IMG/VR virus record: IMGVR_UViG_3300027785_000096
Span: 1 to 30,617 of that record
Strand: one strand, 5' to 3'
Length of the DNA stretch: 30,617 nucleotides
Source of the DNA: a virus
Lineage: Duplodnaviria; Caudoviricetes
Part shown: piece after piece, positions 9,858-19,089 of the stretch
How the letters are laid out: the number at the start of each line of letters is the position of its first letter
How positions within the stretch are numbered: position 1 is the stretch's first letter
The notes under the pieces: model-generated
Seen by the model: only the letters and a program-made list of their open reading frames with translations
The model's database searches: none
What the model was told of the DNA's origin: nothing
Position numbers and translations under genes: made by a program

Positions 9858-11255
9858 TTAATTCCAAGGTAAGTCTGCGTCTTTGTCGTCTACTACGGCA
9901 TTGTTATCGGGTACAGAGGATTTCTTGCCTCCCACCTTCTTAATCTTTTCAGGAGTACTAGGCTTGTCAATCGACTGTGGGCTAATGCGTAAGGAATCCC
10001 AGTCAATGGGGCTTGTAAACGCCATCTCTTTTCCGCCACGAATTTTCGTAGTTTCAAAAGAAATTGCATTCGTTTCCTTATCATGTGCTTCCATCGTAAG
10101 GGCAATATCCGCTGCATCCAAGATACCTTTGGCAAATCGAGCCTCGCCGTCCTTGTCAATCTGGTACGGTGATACCATAACGATTTCGTATTTGCGCGCC
10201 AGATTTTTAAGTTTCTTGGATACCTCAATCTGTGGCTTCCAGTCATACTGATCGTTTCCTTCTAGTACAATTTGGTTAAGGTAGTCAACTACCACAAGTT
10301 TTAGTTTATCACCAAACTTAGCTTTAGCTTTACCAATATGTAAGTCAATACTACTTAGGGTCAAGTCGCGGTCATCAACAATAATCATTTGATTATCTGA
10401 TTTTAGGCTGCAGCTACGTACTAGCATTTCTTCAAATTTATAACGATCTCTATGTCGCATAAATTCGCTTACTAAGTCCGAACTGTTTTCAAACATTTCA
10501 GCACGAGCTTTTACTACTCTTAGTAGTTCTTCATCTGTTAGTTTATGTTGTTTTAAGTTTTGTAAGTTAACGTTTGCTAAAATGGACAGATTACGTTCCA
10601 TTGTTTCTTTAGCGGTCATCTCAATAGAGAAATAAATACTACTGTTACCAGATTCATACTGATTAACAAACAGATTACTACTAGCAATGGACTTGCCGGA
10701 CCCACGCTTTCCCCCAATAAGTATAAGCTCTTGGCGAGCAACGCCGCCAAGCACACTATCAAAACTATTGTTAAGGCCGAGATAAACACGTTCTTTCTCC
10801 AAATCTTCAGGATGACTGAACATCATCATGTCAGCCATTGTAAACACTTTTTCTGATGTATGTGTTTTTTCTTCGATTGTTAGCGCAATTGTCGCTAAGT
10901 TTTCTTTTATTTCATTTGTGTCGTAGAGTGGTAATTTGTCTACGAACTTATCTAATAATTTTACCGTTTCATTCTGAGTATACTGGTCAATTAATGCGTC
11001 CAGTGCTACTTCTGCAGAAACGTCAGGCACCTCGGTTAACCGGAGAGTTGCCAGTGTTTTAGACGCCGGACCCTCCCTTAAGGTTAGCTCAAGATCGTCA
11101 AACGACGGTATAGCGCTGTACTTCTCGTAGTACTTATTAACGACGCTATACAAGGAAGAGTACGCAGGGTCTAAGAATACTAACTTAAGCTTCGCCCAGA
11201 TATCTAGGTTTCGCTCTGATAGCAATTTATTTAAGACTACTGCACTAGTATCCAA
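9858..11255 (-). CDS. DnaB-like replicative helicase (T5 D6)
   Basis: GGKRGSGKS, FSIEM, VVDYLN motifs; KIRGG arginine finger. Confidence 0.93.
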   Translation of the reverse strand: MDTSAVVLNKLLSERNLDIWAKLKLVFLDPAYSSLYSVVNKYYEKYSAIPSFDDLELTLREGPASKTLATLRLTEVPDVSAEVALDALIDQYTQNETVKLLDKFVDKLPLYDTNEIKENLATIALTIEEKTHTSEKVFTMADMMMFSHPEDLEKERVYLGLNNSFDSVLGGVARQELILIGGKRGSGKSIASSNLFVNQYESGNSSIYFSIEMTAKETMERNLSILANVNLQNLKQHKLTDEELLRVVKARAEMFENSSDLVSEFMRHRDRYKFEEMLVRSCSLKSDNQMIIVDDRDLTLSSIDLHIGKAKAKFGDKLKLVVVDYLNQIVLEGNDQYDWKPQIEVSKKLKNLARKYEIVMVSPYQIDKDGEARFAKGILDAADIALTMEAHDKETNAISFETTKIRGGKEMAFTSPIDWDSLRISPQSIDKPSTPEKIKKVGGKKSSVPDNNAVVDDKDADLPWN

Positions 11256-11257
11256 GA

Positions 11258-11557
11258 TTACCCTACTTTCGATTCATTGTCTATAATTACTTGGTCAATA
11301 ATTTCTGTGACTTTATATAAGATTTGCTCTCGCAACTTTTTAATGTCTTGCTGATACGTAGCATCTTTATCATAAAGCAGACTTAGTTGCTCGTGGGTAA
11401 TAAGTTGCTGTAAGCCAAAATAAATTTGGTCATAGGCCATACTAGATTCTGGCATTACTTCTACGTTAGCCGCTTTGCCGTAATTATGGATAGCTTGTTT
11501 TACGACTTCTTCCATTGTAAAGGAGTCGTTGTCGTGATACGTAATTGTTACTTTCAT
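11258..11557 (-). CDS. Hypothetical protein
   Basis: 99-aa ORF with GGAGG RBS. Confidence 0.7.
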   Translation of the reverse strand: MKVTITYHDNDSFTMEEVVKQAIHNYGKAANVEVMPESSMAYDQIYFGLQQLITHEQLSLLYDKDATYQQDIKKLREQILYKVTEIIDQVIIDNESKVG

Positions 11558-11576
11558 ATTTCCGACCTCCTAAAGT

Positions 11577-11611
11577 AAAAAAGCTCGGGAGCTTTATGAG
11601 ACTCCCGAGCT
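11577..11611 (-). terminator. Rho-independent terminator after D5
   Basis: AGCTCGGGAG/CTCCCGAGCT stem followed by a T run. Confidence 0.8.
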
Positions 11612-11630
11612 GATTGGCAATAATTGCTAA

Positions 11631-12380
11631 TTAAGCAGCTGCTTTGGCTTCTGCTTTGGCTTTCTTAGCTGCACCATCATAGTCTGCAACTTTGATACCA
11701 CGGCGAGTAAGCAAAGTACGTAGACCACGTTCTGTTTTGTCAACAGCGGCGGCGATTTCAGCAACAGTCATAGAGCCGATTTTGTCGCCCAAAGCTGTAA
11801 CTGGATCAACGGACTCTTTAGCATGAGATTCACGTTGTGCTGGGATTTTGCTAATTTGACCTTTGCGAGTCAAGCTCAAAGCCTTACCACGAACGCTAGC
11901 AACTGTCTTGTTCAAAGCAGTGGCAATGTCTTCGATGAAGCTACCAGTTTCAGCCATTTTGATAAACTTGGCTTCTTCGGCTTCAGAGTAAGTACGAGCA
12001 ATCTCAACTTTCTCAGCAGGCTTTACAGAACCAGTCAACTCTAAGGCAAGCAATTTACCTTGGATTTGCTTAGCAGTAAACTTGCCGCCAGCAAAGTTTT
12101 CAGCGATTTGTTTGTATGTTAGGTTACCTGCGTTTGCATTAACGAAATCGGCAAGATCAGCGCCTTCGTCAGCAGTAAATGCAGATGTTTTTTCTTTTGC
12201 AAGACTAGCGACTTCACGGTCTAATTGACGCAATTTAGAGGCAACGCTACGAGTTGTGAAACCGAGAGTTTCAGCAGCACGTTCAACGGCTTCAACGCTA
12301 ACAGGGTTTGAGTTACCAACAATGTTCATTAGTTGGTCAACAGTTTCGTCAGACCATTTTTTAGTGGCTTTTTCAGTCAT
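11631..12380 (-). CDS. D5: T5 D5-like DNA-binding transcription regulator (repeated HTH units)
   Basis: Repeated HTH-like units (RSVASKLR, KQIQGKLL, SVRGKALSL, RGLRTLLTRRG); position next to the ligase. Confidence 0.88.
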   Translation of the reverse strand: MTEKATKKWSDETVDQLMNIVGNSNPVSVEAVERAAETLGFTTRSVASKLRQLDREVASLAKEKTSAFTADEGADLADFVNANAGNLTYKQIAENFAGGKFTAKQIQGKLLALELTGSVKPAEKVEIARTYSEAEEAKFIKMAETGSFIEDIATALNKTVASVRGKALSLTRKGQISKIPAQRESHAKESVDPVTALGDKIGSMTVAEIAAAVDKTERGLRTLLTRRGIKVADYDGAAKKAKAEAKAAA

Positions 12381-13134
12381 TTTTATTTTCTTTCAAGAAA
12401 GTATTTAAGTTTGTGATTATGGTTATTCCGAGAGACTCGGCTTTTTTGCGTTTTGTACTACCCTTATCTTCTTCGTCAACTAAATAATCTGTGGTTTTTG
12501 TTACAGACTCTACTGCCTTGTATCCTGCAGTTTCCAGAGCTTTATATGCTTCTGCTTTAGTTTTATAAGATGATAATTTTCCTGTAATGCAAATGGTTTT
12601 GCAGTCTCCACTCACAACGGAAGTTTTATTGGAACGAAATGTGAAAGGCAAAAACTCACGCATTTCTAAAAAATCAGTTTCTAGCCAAGATAATAGGTTT
12701 TGGGTTACCTTATCACCTAAACCTGCTTGTTTACAGGTTTCCTGATTAATTTCGTCTATTGAATTAACAACAAGACAAATTTTAGTCGAGGCAGTATTAC
12801 CTACTAGAGGAATAGAGAATGAAGCTAGAATTGTTGCTAAATCTGCTGACTTAGCCTTTTCAATCTCTGTTAATAGCTTTTCAGCTACTTTGGCACTGCC
12901 CACGGCATCTACTACTTGATCTGTGTCAAGATAAAACAATTCTGTAATATCTGCCAAACCAAGTTTTTCTACTGTACGAGCACCCATACCTTTAATCGAA
13001 AGCGTCTTACAAAAATGTTCGAGCTTCTTATTAAGTTGAGCACCACAAGCTGTGTTTCTACAAAAGAGCTGATCGTTGACCAGTTCAAGAGTATAGTTAC
13101 AGCAAGGACATTCAGTTGGTATTTGGATTCTCAT
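12373..13134 (-). CDS. ligB: NAD-dependent DNA ligase subunit B (Zn finger, HhH, BRCT)
   Basis: CPCC...C.N..C zinc finger, IKGMG and IPLVG HhH motifs, ITGKL..SVTKTTDYLV BRCT. Confidence 0.92.
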   Translation of the reverse strand: MRIQIPTECPCCNYTLELVNDQLFCRNTACGAQLNKKLEHFCKTLSIKGMGARTVEKLGLADITELFYLDTDQVVDAVGSAKVAEKLLTEIEKAKSADLATILASFSIPLVGNTASTKICLVVNSIDEINQETCKQAGLGDKVTQNLLSWLETDFLEMREFLPFTFRSNKTSVVSGDCKTICITGKLSSYKTKAEAYKALETAGYKAVESVTKTTDYLVDEEDKGSTKRKKAESLGITIITNLNTFLKENKND

Positions 13135-13159
13135 GGTTTCTTTATCAATTTATAAGTAT

Positions 13160-13188
13160 ATTATACTTGATTAAGTAGCTTAAAGCAA
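13160..13188 (-). promoter_or_regulatory. sigma70-type promoter between the ligase halves
   Basis: TTGCTT-17 nt-TATAAT. Confidence 0.8.
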
Positions 13189-13220
13189 GTCTAAATTTCT
13201 AATGCCCTAAGCGCAAAATT

Positions 13221-14174
13221 TTACGCATCAACCTTGTGTAAAATACAGGGTATAATTTCTCCGCTACGAATTACAGCTACCGTGTCGCCAATTTGTAAAT
13301 CCAGCATTTCAATAAATCCTGGGTTGTTTAGTGTGGCTCGTGATACTAGAGCATCACCAATATAAACAGGCTCAAGAATAGCTACTGGAGTAACTTTACC
13401 AGACTTACCTACTTGCCATTCAACATCAAGTAGCTTTGTTTCAACGTGGGCTGCTCGTTCTTTTTTAGCATATGCACCGCGTGGGTGTTTTGCTGTATAA
13501 CCCATCTCTAAGAAGGCTTTGTTGTTGTTGACTCTGAACACAACCCCATCACATGGATAGATTTTATCTAGTTCAGGCTCATTGATTGTGCCAAAACCAA
13601 AGTTACGTAATTCAACTAAATCACCACTAAATGTGGCAGTAAGATTGGGCTGAATACCATATGCAAAGAAACTTACGGCACGAGTTTTAAATTCTTCACT
13701 AGACTTTAGGTTTAGAGCACCTGCGGCATAGTTGCGAGCATTTTCTTGTGTTTTAGGGGCTACAATCTCGCCAGTTACTTGATAAACACCTTTAACTGGA
13801 ATCTCATGTGGTACTAGCTTAGTGGCTAGTAGCTTTTCAGTAATTAGTTGACCTTCTACGCCGTCACCGCGTGTAAGACCTCGAACAAGATGACCATCAA
13901 CATAAAGCAAGCTAATAGCTGCCCCGTCCAGCTTAGCAGTACAAGCAATGTCTCTGTGACCTTCCAAAGGACGCTTTTGATCTTCATCTTCGTAATATTT
14001 CTGTAAGCTATACATTTGATAAAAGTGCTTTTCAACATTTCCATGTTGCTTCGCGCCAACTGCACTATATCCTATTGAGTCTGCCAACTGGTCAAACTGT
14101 GCATCACTGATAATGGGTGTGCCCGCATAGTATGCTCGGGAAGCAATATTTAGATACTGTTCTAGTTTATTCAT
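13221..14174 (-). CDS. ligA: NAD-dependent DNA ligase subunit A (adenylation + OB domains)
   Basis: KLDG adenylation motif, TRGDG, NARNYAAG, DGVV, WQVGKSGKVTPVA, RSGEIIP. Confidence 0.94.
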   Translation of the reverse strand: MNKLEQYLNIASRAYYAGTPIISDAQFDQLADSIGYSAVGAKQHGNVEKHFYQMYSLQKYYEDEDQKRPLEGHRDIACTAKLDGAAISLLYVDGHLVRGLTRGDGVEGQLITEKLLATKLVPHEIPVKGVYQVTGEIVAPKTQENARNYAAGALNLKSSEEFKTRAVSFFAYGIQPNLTATFSGDLVELRNFGFGTINEPELDKIYPCDGVVFRVNNNKAFLEMGYTAKHPRGAYAKKERAAHVETKLLDVEWQVGKSGKVTPVAILEPVYIGDALVSRATLNNPGFIEMLDLQIGDTVAVIRSGEIIPCILHKVDA

Positions 14175-14199
14175 AGCTCTGTATTGTCTTTAAAGAATA

Positions 14200-14228
14200 A
14201 TTATAGCACTTTAGGGTCGGCAGAACAA
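14200..14228 (-). promoter_or_regulatory. sigma70-type promoter for ligA
   Basis: TTGTTC-17 nt-TATAAT. Confidence 0.65.
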
Positions 14229-14500
14229 GTCAATTTTTCAGCATAGTGTCTGATAATATCTTCTCCCTCTGCCTTAGAACATATTTCAAATAATCCGTCT
14301 AAGATAGCATAAATATTATCTGTGCTAGCAGGAATAGATACACCTTCACGGCTAGGCACCCAGTCACCTTCATAGCTAAGAAAGTATTTTCTTAGTTGGA
14401 AGTAAACTGTGTCTCTGAAATCATTGATTACTAATCGTACTTGGAAACCTTTTTCCATGTTCTCTTCAATGACTTTACTATATTGTATGTTTGAGTCCAT
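14201..14500 (-). CDS. PC4-like ssDNA-binding protein
   Basis: 'F....YFQLRKYF...G.W.P..EGVSI' PC4 signature; T5-syntenic position. Confidence 0.8.
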   Translation of the reverse strand: MDSNIQYSKVIEENMEKGFQVRLVINDFRDTVYFQLRKYFLSYEGDWVPSREGVSIPASTDNIYAILDGLFEICSKAEGEDIIRHYAEKLTCSADPKVL

Positions 14501-14519
14501 GAGGTCTCCGGTAAACTAT

Positions 14520-14792
14520 TTAAGATTTAGAATTTTGCGGGTTTGGCGCCTGTATAATTTTAAGTAGCTCGTTGGGCGTTGCTTCAACCGCCCAATTAAT
14601 CACTATCCAGTCTTCAATACAGCGAGTTGTTGTAATGCCTGTATACTTAGAAAGCCCGTGGGCCCTGTTATACGCCTCACCCTGTCGTTGCCATGTTTCC
14701 CAGTACTCAGCAATAATAGCTTCCTCTGAATAGATCTTCCAAACAGGTTGACTAGTATTGCCTATGGGTTCTGTGATTAAGAAGTGTTGCAT
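14520..14792 (-). CDS. Hypothetical protein
   Basis: 90-aa ORF with 'SEE.II.EYW..W...CIEDWIV.NWA' pattern seen in phage hypotheticals. Confidence 0.65.
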   Translation of the reverse strand: MQHFLITEPIGNTSQPVWKIYSEEAIIAEYWETWQRQGEAYNRAHGLSKYTGITTTRCIEDWIVINWAVEATPNELLKIIQAPNPQNSKS

Positions 14793-14793
14793 A

Positions 14794-15591
14794 TTACTTG
14801 TTTAACATCAAGGCATTAAAATTAGCAGGTACAATAATTGTCTGTACTTGTCCGTTCTTGATACCTTCTGAAATATTCATCATAGCCTGTGCTTGCATAT
14901 ATGCAATAGACTGTGCGCCTTGACTACTCAAAGCTTGCATACGTTCCGCTTCCATTTTAGCAGTTTTAACTTCTACTTCTTTTTGTTTTAGCTCATTCTT
15001 ACTGCGAACCAAATCATTAGCGCTGGCAACAACTGAGTCAGCAGGTACGATATTTCGAATTAGAACCTGCCCAATAATCAAACTACCGTCTAGCTTTTCA
15101 TCTGCTAAGGACTTTTGAATTTGCTCCTTAATAGCTTGTTCCATTAACTGACGGTTATCTGCCATATCTAAAGCCTCGTACTTGCGGGCTTCTTTATAGA
15201 TAGCGTTACGAGCAGTCTGCACAATATAGTTGTACATTAAATAAATGTCGCCATTATGACGAGCATGAAATGCTTGACTTTTAGTACTATACAATTCCGC
15301 AACCTGTGCTTGGTTAATGTTATAGATGATAACAGCATCAAAATCCTTCATTGTGCTATTATCTTTAGCAACAGGAGTCATATCTTCCAGCTTAACATTA
15401 ACGTCTTTAATTGGAAACGTAAGCACATCACCAATTAGTACCTGATTAAAGGAACCTGGTAATAGTTCGCCACTTTGTACTTGTTTGTCAAAGCCTACAC
15501 GAACGCCTACTTCACCAGTCTCAATACGAGTACAGCCTGTGATTAGGGCGAGAGAAAGTGTAGTAACAAAGAGTTTAAATAGATTTTTCAT
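14794..15591 (-). CDS. SPFH/Band-7 (prohibitin-like) lipoprotein
   Basis: Signal peptide with lipobox LITGC, 'IETGEVGVRV.F' SPFH start and C-terminal coiled coil; start at MKNLFK. Confidence 0.88.
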   Translation of the reverse strand: MKNLFKLFVTTLSLALITGCTRIETGEVGVRVGFDKQVQSGELLPGSFNQVLIGDVLTFPIKDVNVKLEDMTPVAKDNSTMKDFDAVIIYNINQAQVAELYSTKSQAFHARHNGDIYLMYNYIVQTARNAIYKEARKYEALDMADNRQLMEQAIKEQIQKSLADEKLDGSLIIGQVLIRNIVPADSVVASANDLVRSKNELKQKEVEVKTAKMEAERMQALSSQGAQSIAYMQAQAMMNISEGIKNGQVQTIIVPANFNALMLNK

Positions 15592-15592
15592 T

Positions 15593-15754
15593 TTAGAATT
15601 GTGCAATAATAAATAGGATTAGTAGTGAGGCGGTGGCAAAAGCCCCTACCTTGAAAGCGAGCTTGTATTCACGTAAAGTGAACTTACTAACTGTATTGTA
15701 AATAAAAGCTAGTAGTAATGCAATTAGTACAAATATAATAAATGCTTGAATCAT
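15593..15754 (-). CDS. Small two-TM membrane protein (absent from ORF track)
   Basis: Manual translation MIQAFIIFVLIALLLAFIYNTVSKFTLREYKLAFKVGAFATASLLILFIIAQF; ATGA overlap with the D2 stop. Confidence 0.7.
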   Translation of the reverse strand: MIQAFIIFVLIALLLAFIYNTVSKFTLREYKLAFKVGAFATASLLILFIIAQF

Positions 15755-16374
15755 ATGCGCACCCCTAAAGCCCTAAGATGCGCAAGGCTGGCAAGCTCTG
15801 AGGCTTCTTGGTAGGCGGATTGTTTCCACTTGTCGGCAAGCAACCAGATACGATAAATGTACCCGTGTTTATCAGTTTTCTGTTCTGCATCAATGCGGGC
15901 TGTGGAATCGTATCGCGCAGAGTACACGACTTCACCAATCTGGAATCTATCACGAACTGCTCCATCTGGAATCAATTGAGGGTCAAAGTAAGTATGCCCA
16001 GCTACACGAATTGGTACAGCATTTTGTTCAAGAACATTCTTGATAAATGTCGGGCTACGGTAAGTGGCTTTTGAAATAGCGTCTACAGTCTCGCCATTGA
16101 TATACTCACCAATAATGTACACTAATTCGTCGTTAGTAACAGGCTTACCACGAAGCTCTGCTCTACGTTTAGCAGAGCGTTCTTGTTTCTTTTTAAAATC
16201 GTCGATAATTGTACCAAGACGAGTTGTATTATATGCCATACCTAGGATTTGGCAAGCATCTTTCTTTGTAATAGGCTTTACACCTTCTTCAGGCTCAAGC
16301 AAACGAATGACTCTGCTAATGTTAGCATCGGTCATTAATTCTTGCTCTAGATCACTTCGTTTTTTGGTTGCCAT
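15751..16374 (-). CDS. D2: T5 D2-like DNA-binding protein
   Basis: 'TKKDACQILG' HTH-like segment; start at MATKKR; adjacent to D3. Confidence 0.7.
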   Translation of the reverse strand: MATKKRSDLEQELMTDANISRVIRLLEPEEGVKPITKKDACQILGMAYNTTRLGTIIDDFKKKQERSAKRRAELRGKPVTNDELVYIIGEYINGETVDAISKATYRSPTFIKNVLEQNAVPIRVAGHTYFDPQLIPDGAVRDRFQIGEVVYSARYDSTARIDAEQKTDKHGYIYRIWLLADKWKQSAYQEASELASLAHLRALGVRI

Positions 16375-16385
16375 AATAATCCTAT

Positions 16386-16414
16386 AAAAAAGAAAAGGCG
16401 GCACTTGGCCGCCT
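16386..16414 (-). terminator. Rho-independent terminator after D3
   Basis: AGGCGGC/GCCGCCT stem followed by TTTCTTTTTT. Confidence 0.8.
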
Positions 16415-16417
16415 AGT

Positions 16418-16780
16418 TTACGCTTTCAGTACGCTCAAGAAATAAACTGCGGCTTTGCCAGTCAATTTGCTCAAAATGTCTTCGTCAATCTCAGCACCTT
16501 TGGCTTCGATTGCAGCTTTAAGGTCAGCGATGCTAGACTCTTTGCTAACGCGCTTTGAACCTTCACCAGCAGGCTTAGTAGTTTTGCTAGTAGAAGCGCC
16601 AGCCTCTTTCTTAACATAAACACCAGCTTGTACTAGCACCATGCGAACGCCGTTAGGCGACATTTCGATTTCTTCTGCAATATCTTTGATAATTTCAGTT
16701 GAAGATTCAGGAGTTGGGCCTGCACCTTCATACATTTCGATAACTTTAGTTTTAAGTTCATCTGTCCAAGTCGTTGCCAT
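16418..16780 (-). CDS. D3: T5 D3-like DNA-binding protein
   Basis: 'WT.EL', 'S.EI...IA', 'PNGVRM.L..AG.Y.KK', 'KLTGKAA' motifs. Confidence 0.8.
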   Translation of the reverse strand: MATTWTDELKTKVIEMYEGAGPTPESSTEIIKDIAEEIEMSPNGVRMVLVQAGVYVKKEAGASTSKTTKPAGEGSKRVSKESSIADLKAAIEAKGAEIDEDILSKLTGKAAVYFLSVLKA

Positions 16781-16794
16781 ATTTTTTCCTTTGT

Positions 16795-17067
16795 TTAAAC
16801 GTATTCTGTGTTGAGGTCAGACATTTTGTCTGGACTGAAACGGCGATAATTATGTTTCAAGTCATGCTTAGCCAATAGAGCCATAGTTGCTTCGTGTTGT
16901 GCGTTTTTCAATTCACGCATTTCATTAGCAAACAAAGCAAACTCGTCTTCTGGCATTTGTGTAACATCAATGCCTTCGATGAATTGAGTAGGGGTTACCA
17001 ACTCAATAACTGCTCGTTCAGAAACAGAGCCGTCAGCTTTAGTGTAGTTAAATTCCAAAAGTTTCAT
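16795..17067 (-). CDS. Hypothetical protein (WYL/SH3-like 'F.YTK.DG..S.R' start)
   Basis: 90-aa ORF with AAGG RBS downstream of a promoter. Confidence 0.65.
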   Translation of the reverse strand: MKLLEFNYTKADGSVSERAVIELVTPTQFIEGIDVTQMPEDEFALFANEMRELKNAQHEATMALLAKHDLKHNYRRFSPDKMSDLNTEYV

Positions 17068-17097
17068 GTTATGCCTTTTCTAATTGATTAAGTATAT

Positions 17098-17126
17098 ATT
17101 ATAAACTATTTGATTGAGTGATTCAA
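17098..17126 (-). promoter_or_regulatory. sigma70-type promoter
   Basis: TTGAAT-17 nt-TATAAT. Confidence 0.8.
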
Positions 17127-17137
17127 ATGAGTATTTT

Positions 17138-17398
17138 TTAATCTGCTTTTAGTATTTCTTTTGATAAACCGCGTTCAAATTTTTCGCCCATTTCTGCAGA
17201 CAAGATAGGCATAATTAGTAACGGAGCAATAAAAGCACTGAGAAGTATGTAGATTACCATACTTAGCATAGGATAGCCTGTGAAACTATTTTTAATATTT
17301 TGCTCCTTAGCTTTTTGTAGCAAAGGCCAAAACCATAGGTAGCATACAGTAATAGAAGTACTAAATGCAAATAGCAAATAGTATTCTGTTAAGCCCAT
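17138..17398 (-). CDS. Two-TM membrane protein
   Basis: Two hydrophobic segments. Confidence 0.65.
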   Translation of the reverse strand: MGLTEYYLLFAFSTSITVCYLWFWPLLQKAKEQNIKNSFTGYPMLSMVIYILLSAFIAPLLIMPILSAEMGEKFERGLSKEILKAD

Positions 17399-17772
17399 AC
17401 TAAGCTACCAGCTCCATTATGTGCGCGAGCACCTAGAGTAAAGCTAACCTTACCTTGTGGTAAGTTATGAAAGTCTTTTGCGCTGTGCTTTGAAATAGCT
17501 GCTGCCTGTACTTTAGGATTGCTACTAAACAAGTCCCAGTCTGCACGACCATTAAATTCCTTAAATAGTTTAGCAATAGTAATGTCTGTTTTAGACCACT
17601 CTTGGCCTTTAGGAGTTTTACGGCGATACTTGATATTAGCCAGAGCATCTTTAATTTGCTCATTATTAGGCTGTAGTTTGAGTAGCTTTAGTAATTTGCG
17701 TTTGCGATTGGTTTCAGCAGTACCTGGGCCTTTAGCTGCCGTACTAGCTGGTGTTTTGTTTTTTGTTGCCAC
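17389..17772 (-). CDS. Basic hypothetical protein
   Basis: 127-aa Lys/Arg-rich ORF with GTG start. Confidence 0.7.
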   Translation of the reverse strand: MATKNKTPASTAAKGPGTAETNRKRKLLKLLKLQPNNEQIKDALANIKYRRKTPKGQEWSKTDITIAKLFKEFNGRADWDLFSSNPKVQAAAISKHSAKDFHNLPQGKVSFTLGARAHNGAGSLVWA

Positions 17773-17773
17773 T

Positions 17774-17977
17774 TTAGAACCTTTTTCTTATTTTAAATAC
17801 GCCATGCTCTTCAGCAGGCTCTAACTCTACAACCCTTGCTTTTTCTAAGTATTGTAAGACTTCAAACGCTTCACCGTATGTAGTAATTCGCTTTTCGTCT
17901 TTGTTTACTAAATCATGCACAATGTTTAGAAAGTCAAGAGTTACAAGCTGCCATTCTTCAGTATGAAGCAGCGTCAA
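17774..17977 (-). CDS. Hypothetical protein
   Basis: Likely TTG start at 17977 with AGGA upstream. Confidence 0.55.
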   Translation of the reverse strand: MTLLHTEEWQLVTLDFLNIVHDLVNKDEKRITTYGEAFEVLQYLEKARVVELEPAEEHGVFKIRKRF

Positions 17978-18320
17978 TAGCTTCCTGAACGGATTCTCTG
18001 TCGAAGTGGATGTGGTCATCATGAACATAGCCTTCTGCATCGCTTTGTACAACAGCTAGAACAGTATTGCGTAAGTCTAGTTGTGTTTTTGTGTTATAAA
18101 AAACTGTCAGTGCTTCGATAAGCTCTGGAATAGTATCTACGCAAACTGGCAAATAACGACCACAGCCGTCAGAGATTGCTACTTCGTCCATACCGCCAGG
18201 GTTTGTACCGAACTCTACTTGATTATAAAAGAAGTCACCTGCTTTATTTGGACCTAACAAGCCTTCATCACCAAAAGTATCAATATCTTCATGAGGGACT
18301 TGGGAGAAATAAATTTTCAT
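17958..18320 (-). CDS. Hypothetical acidic protein
   Basis: Start reassigned to MKIYF because the upstream part of the track ORF contains a promoter. Confidence 0.7.
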   Translation of the reverse strand: MKIYFSQVPHEDIDTFGDEGLLGPNKAGDFFYNQVEFGTNPGGMDEVAISDGCGRYLPVCVDTIPELIEALTVFYNTKTQLDLRNTVLAVVQSDAEGYVHDDHIHFDRESVQEAIDAASY

Positions 18321-18356
18321 GTTGTTTTCTTTGTAAAAGTTGTTTTGAGAATATAT

Positions 18357-18385
18357 ATTATAGCAAAAATAGCTATGGGTTTCAA
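18357..18385 (-). promoter_or_regulatory. sigma70-type promoter
   Basis: TTGAAA-17 nt-TATAAT. Confidence 0.8.
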
Positions 18386-18402
18386 GAAAATATTTTTGAA
18401 AC

Positions 18403-18426
18403 AAAAATCCCAGCCTAAGCTGGGAT
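18403..18426 (-). terminator. Terminator after tRNA(CAT)
   Basis: ATCCCAGC/GCTGGGAT stem followed by a T run. Confidence 0.75.
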
Positions 18427-18429
18427 AAG

Positions 18430-18504
18430 TGGTGCGCTAACTAGGAATTGAACCTAGACTCGACCGATTATGAGTCGGCTGCTTTACCATTAAGCTATTA
18501 GCGC
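18430..18504 (-). tRNA. tRNA with CAT anticodon, probably Ile2 (lysidine) type
   Basis: Cloverleaf GCGCTAA...GCCGA CTCATAA TCGGT...TTAGCGC A CCA. Confidence 0.9.
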
Positions 18505-18511
18505 ATATTTT

Positions 18512-18640
18512 TTACAGAAGCTCGTAGTCTTCTTTGCCTACGCCACACTCAGGACATTCAAAGTTGTCTGGAAGTTCGTTCCAAAGTCCTTCGGTTTCTT
18601 CATCATGTACGTGACCGCATACTACACAAACGTATTCCAT
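18512..18640 (-). CDS. Rubredoxin (42 aa, absent from ORF track)
   Basis: Manual translation MEYVCVVCGHVHDEETEGLWNELPDNFECPECGVGKEDYELL; two CxxCG motifs. Confidence 0.92.
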   Translation of the reverse strand: MEYVCVVCGHVHDEETEGLWNELPDNFECPECGVGKEDYELL

Positions 18641-19089
18641 TATAGGGACTCCCAAACTAATTGATATGCTTCGGCATGGCGTTGTTCTACTCGTTTTAGT
18701 GCTGAAAAACGCTTTTCAGCTTTTGCCAAAACTGCGGTAAACCCGTCTGCGTGTTCTTTAGATTCAGCCGCTTGTAAACGGGCTTCTAGTAAGGCTTCAT
18801 CGTTACGTTCAAGTTCTGCTTGTTCTTCCATGCGAGGATACATTTCTGTGTACTCGTAGGTTTCGCCTTCAATGGCTTTTTCTAAGCAAACTTTAGTACT
18901 TGGTCGGCCGATTAGTAATTCTAAGTGACCCCAGGCGTGTTTTAGCTCTTGTTGAGCTGTATGCTCAAAGTGGTCGGCAACATCATCAAAGCCGTCTTCT
19001 CTGGCAATTTTAGCAAAGTACATATACTTTGTAAACGCCATAGATTCGCCTGCTAATGCACCTTCTAAGTTTTTTAATGTTAACGACAT
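18640..19089 (-). CDS. Rubrerythrin (di-iron four-helix domain)
   Basis: NL..ALAGES.A..KY.YFA.IAR, ELKHA, AIEGETYEYTEMYP motifs. Confidence 0.92.
   Translation of the reverse strand: MSLTLKNLEGALAGESMAFTKYMYFAKIAREDGFDDVADHFEHTAQQELKHAWGHLELLIGRPSTKVCLEKAIEGETYEYTEMYPRMEEQAELERNDEALLEARLQAAESKEHADGFTAVLAKAEKRFSALKRVEQRHAEAYQLVWESL

Noticed and set aside
6464-11255. Inteins, introns or homing endonucleases in pol, primase or helicase
   Set aside because: Lengths and motif spacing are uninterrupted; no Hint, LAGLIDADG or HNH signatures seen.
12373-14174. DNA ligase split into two genes
   Set aside because: A two-subunit NAD ligase is an established T5-family feature; the gap holds a promoter, not an intron or frameshift.
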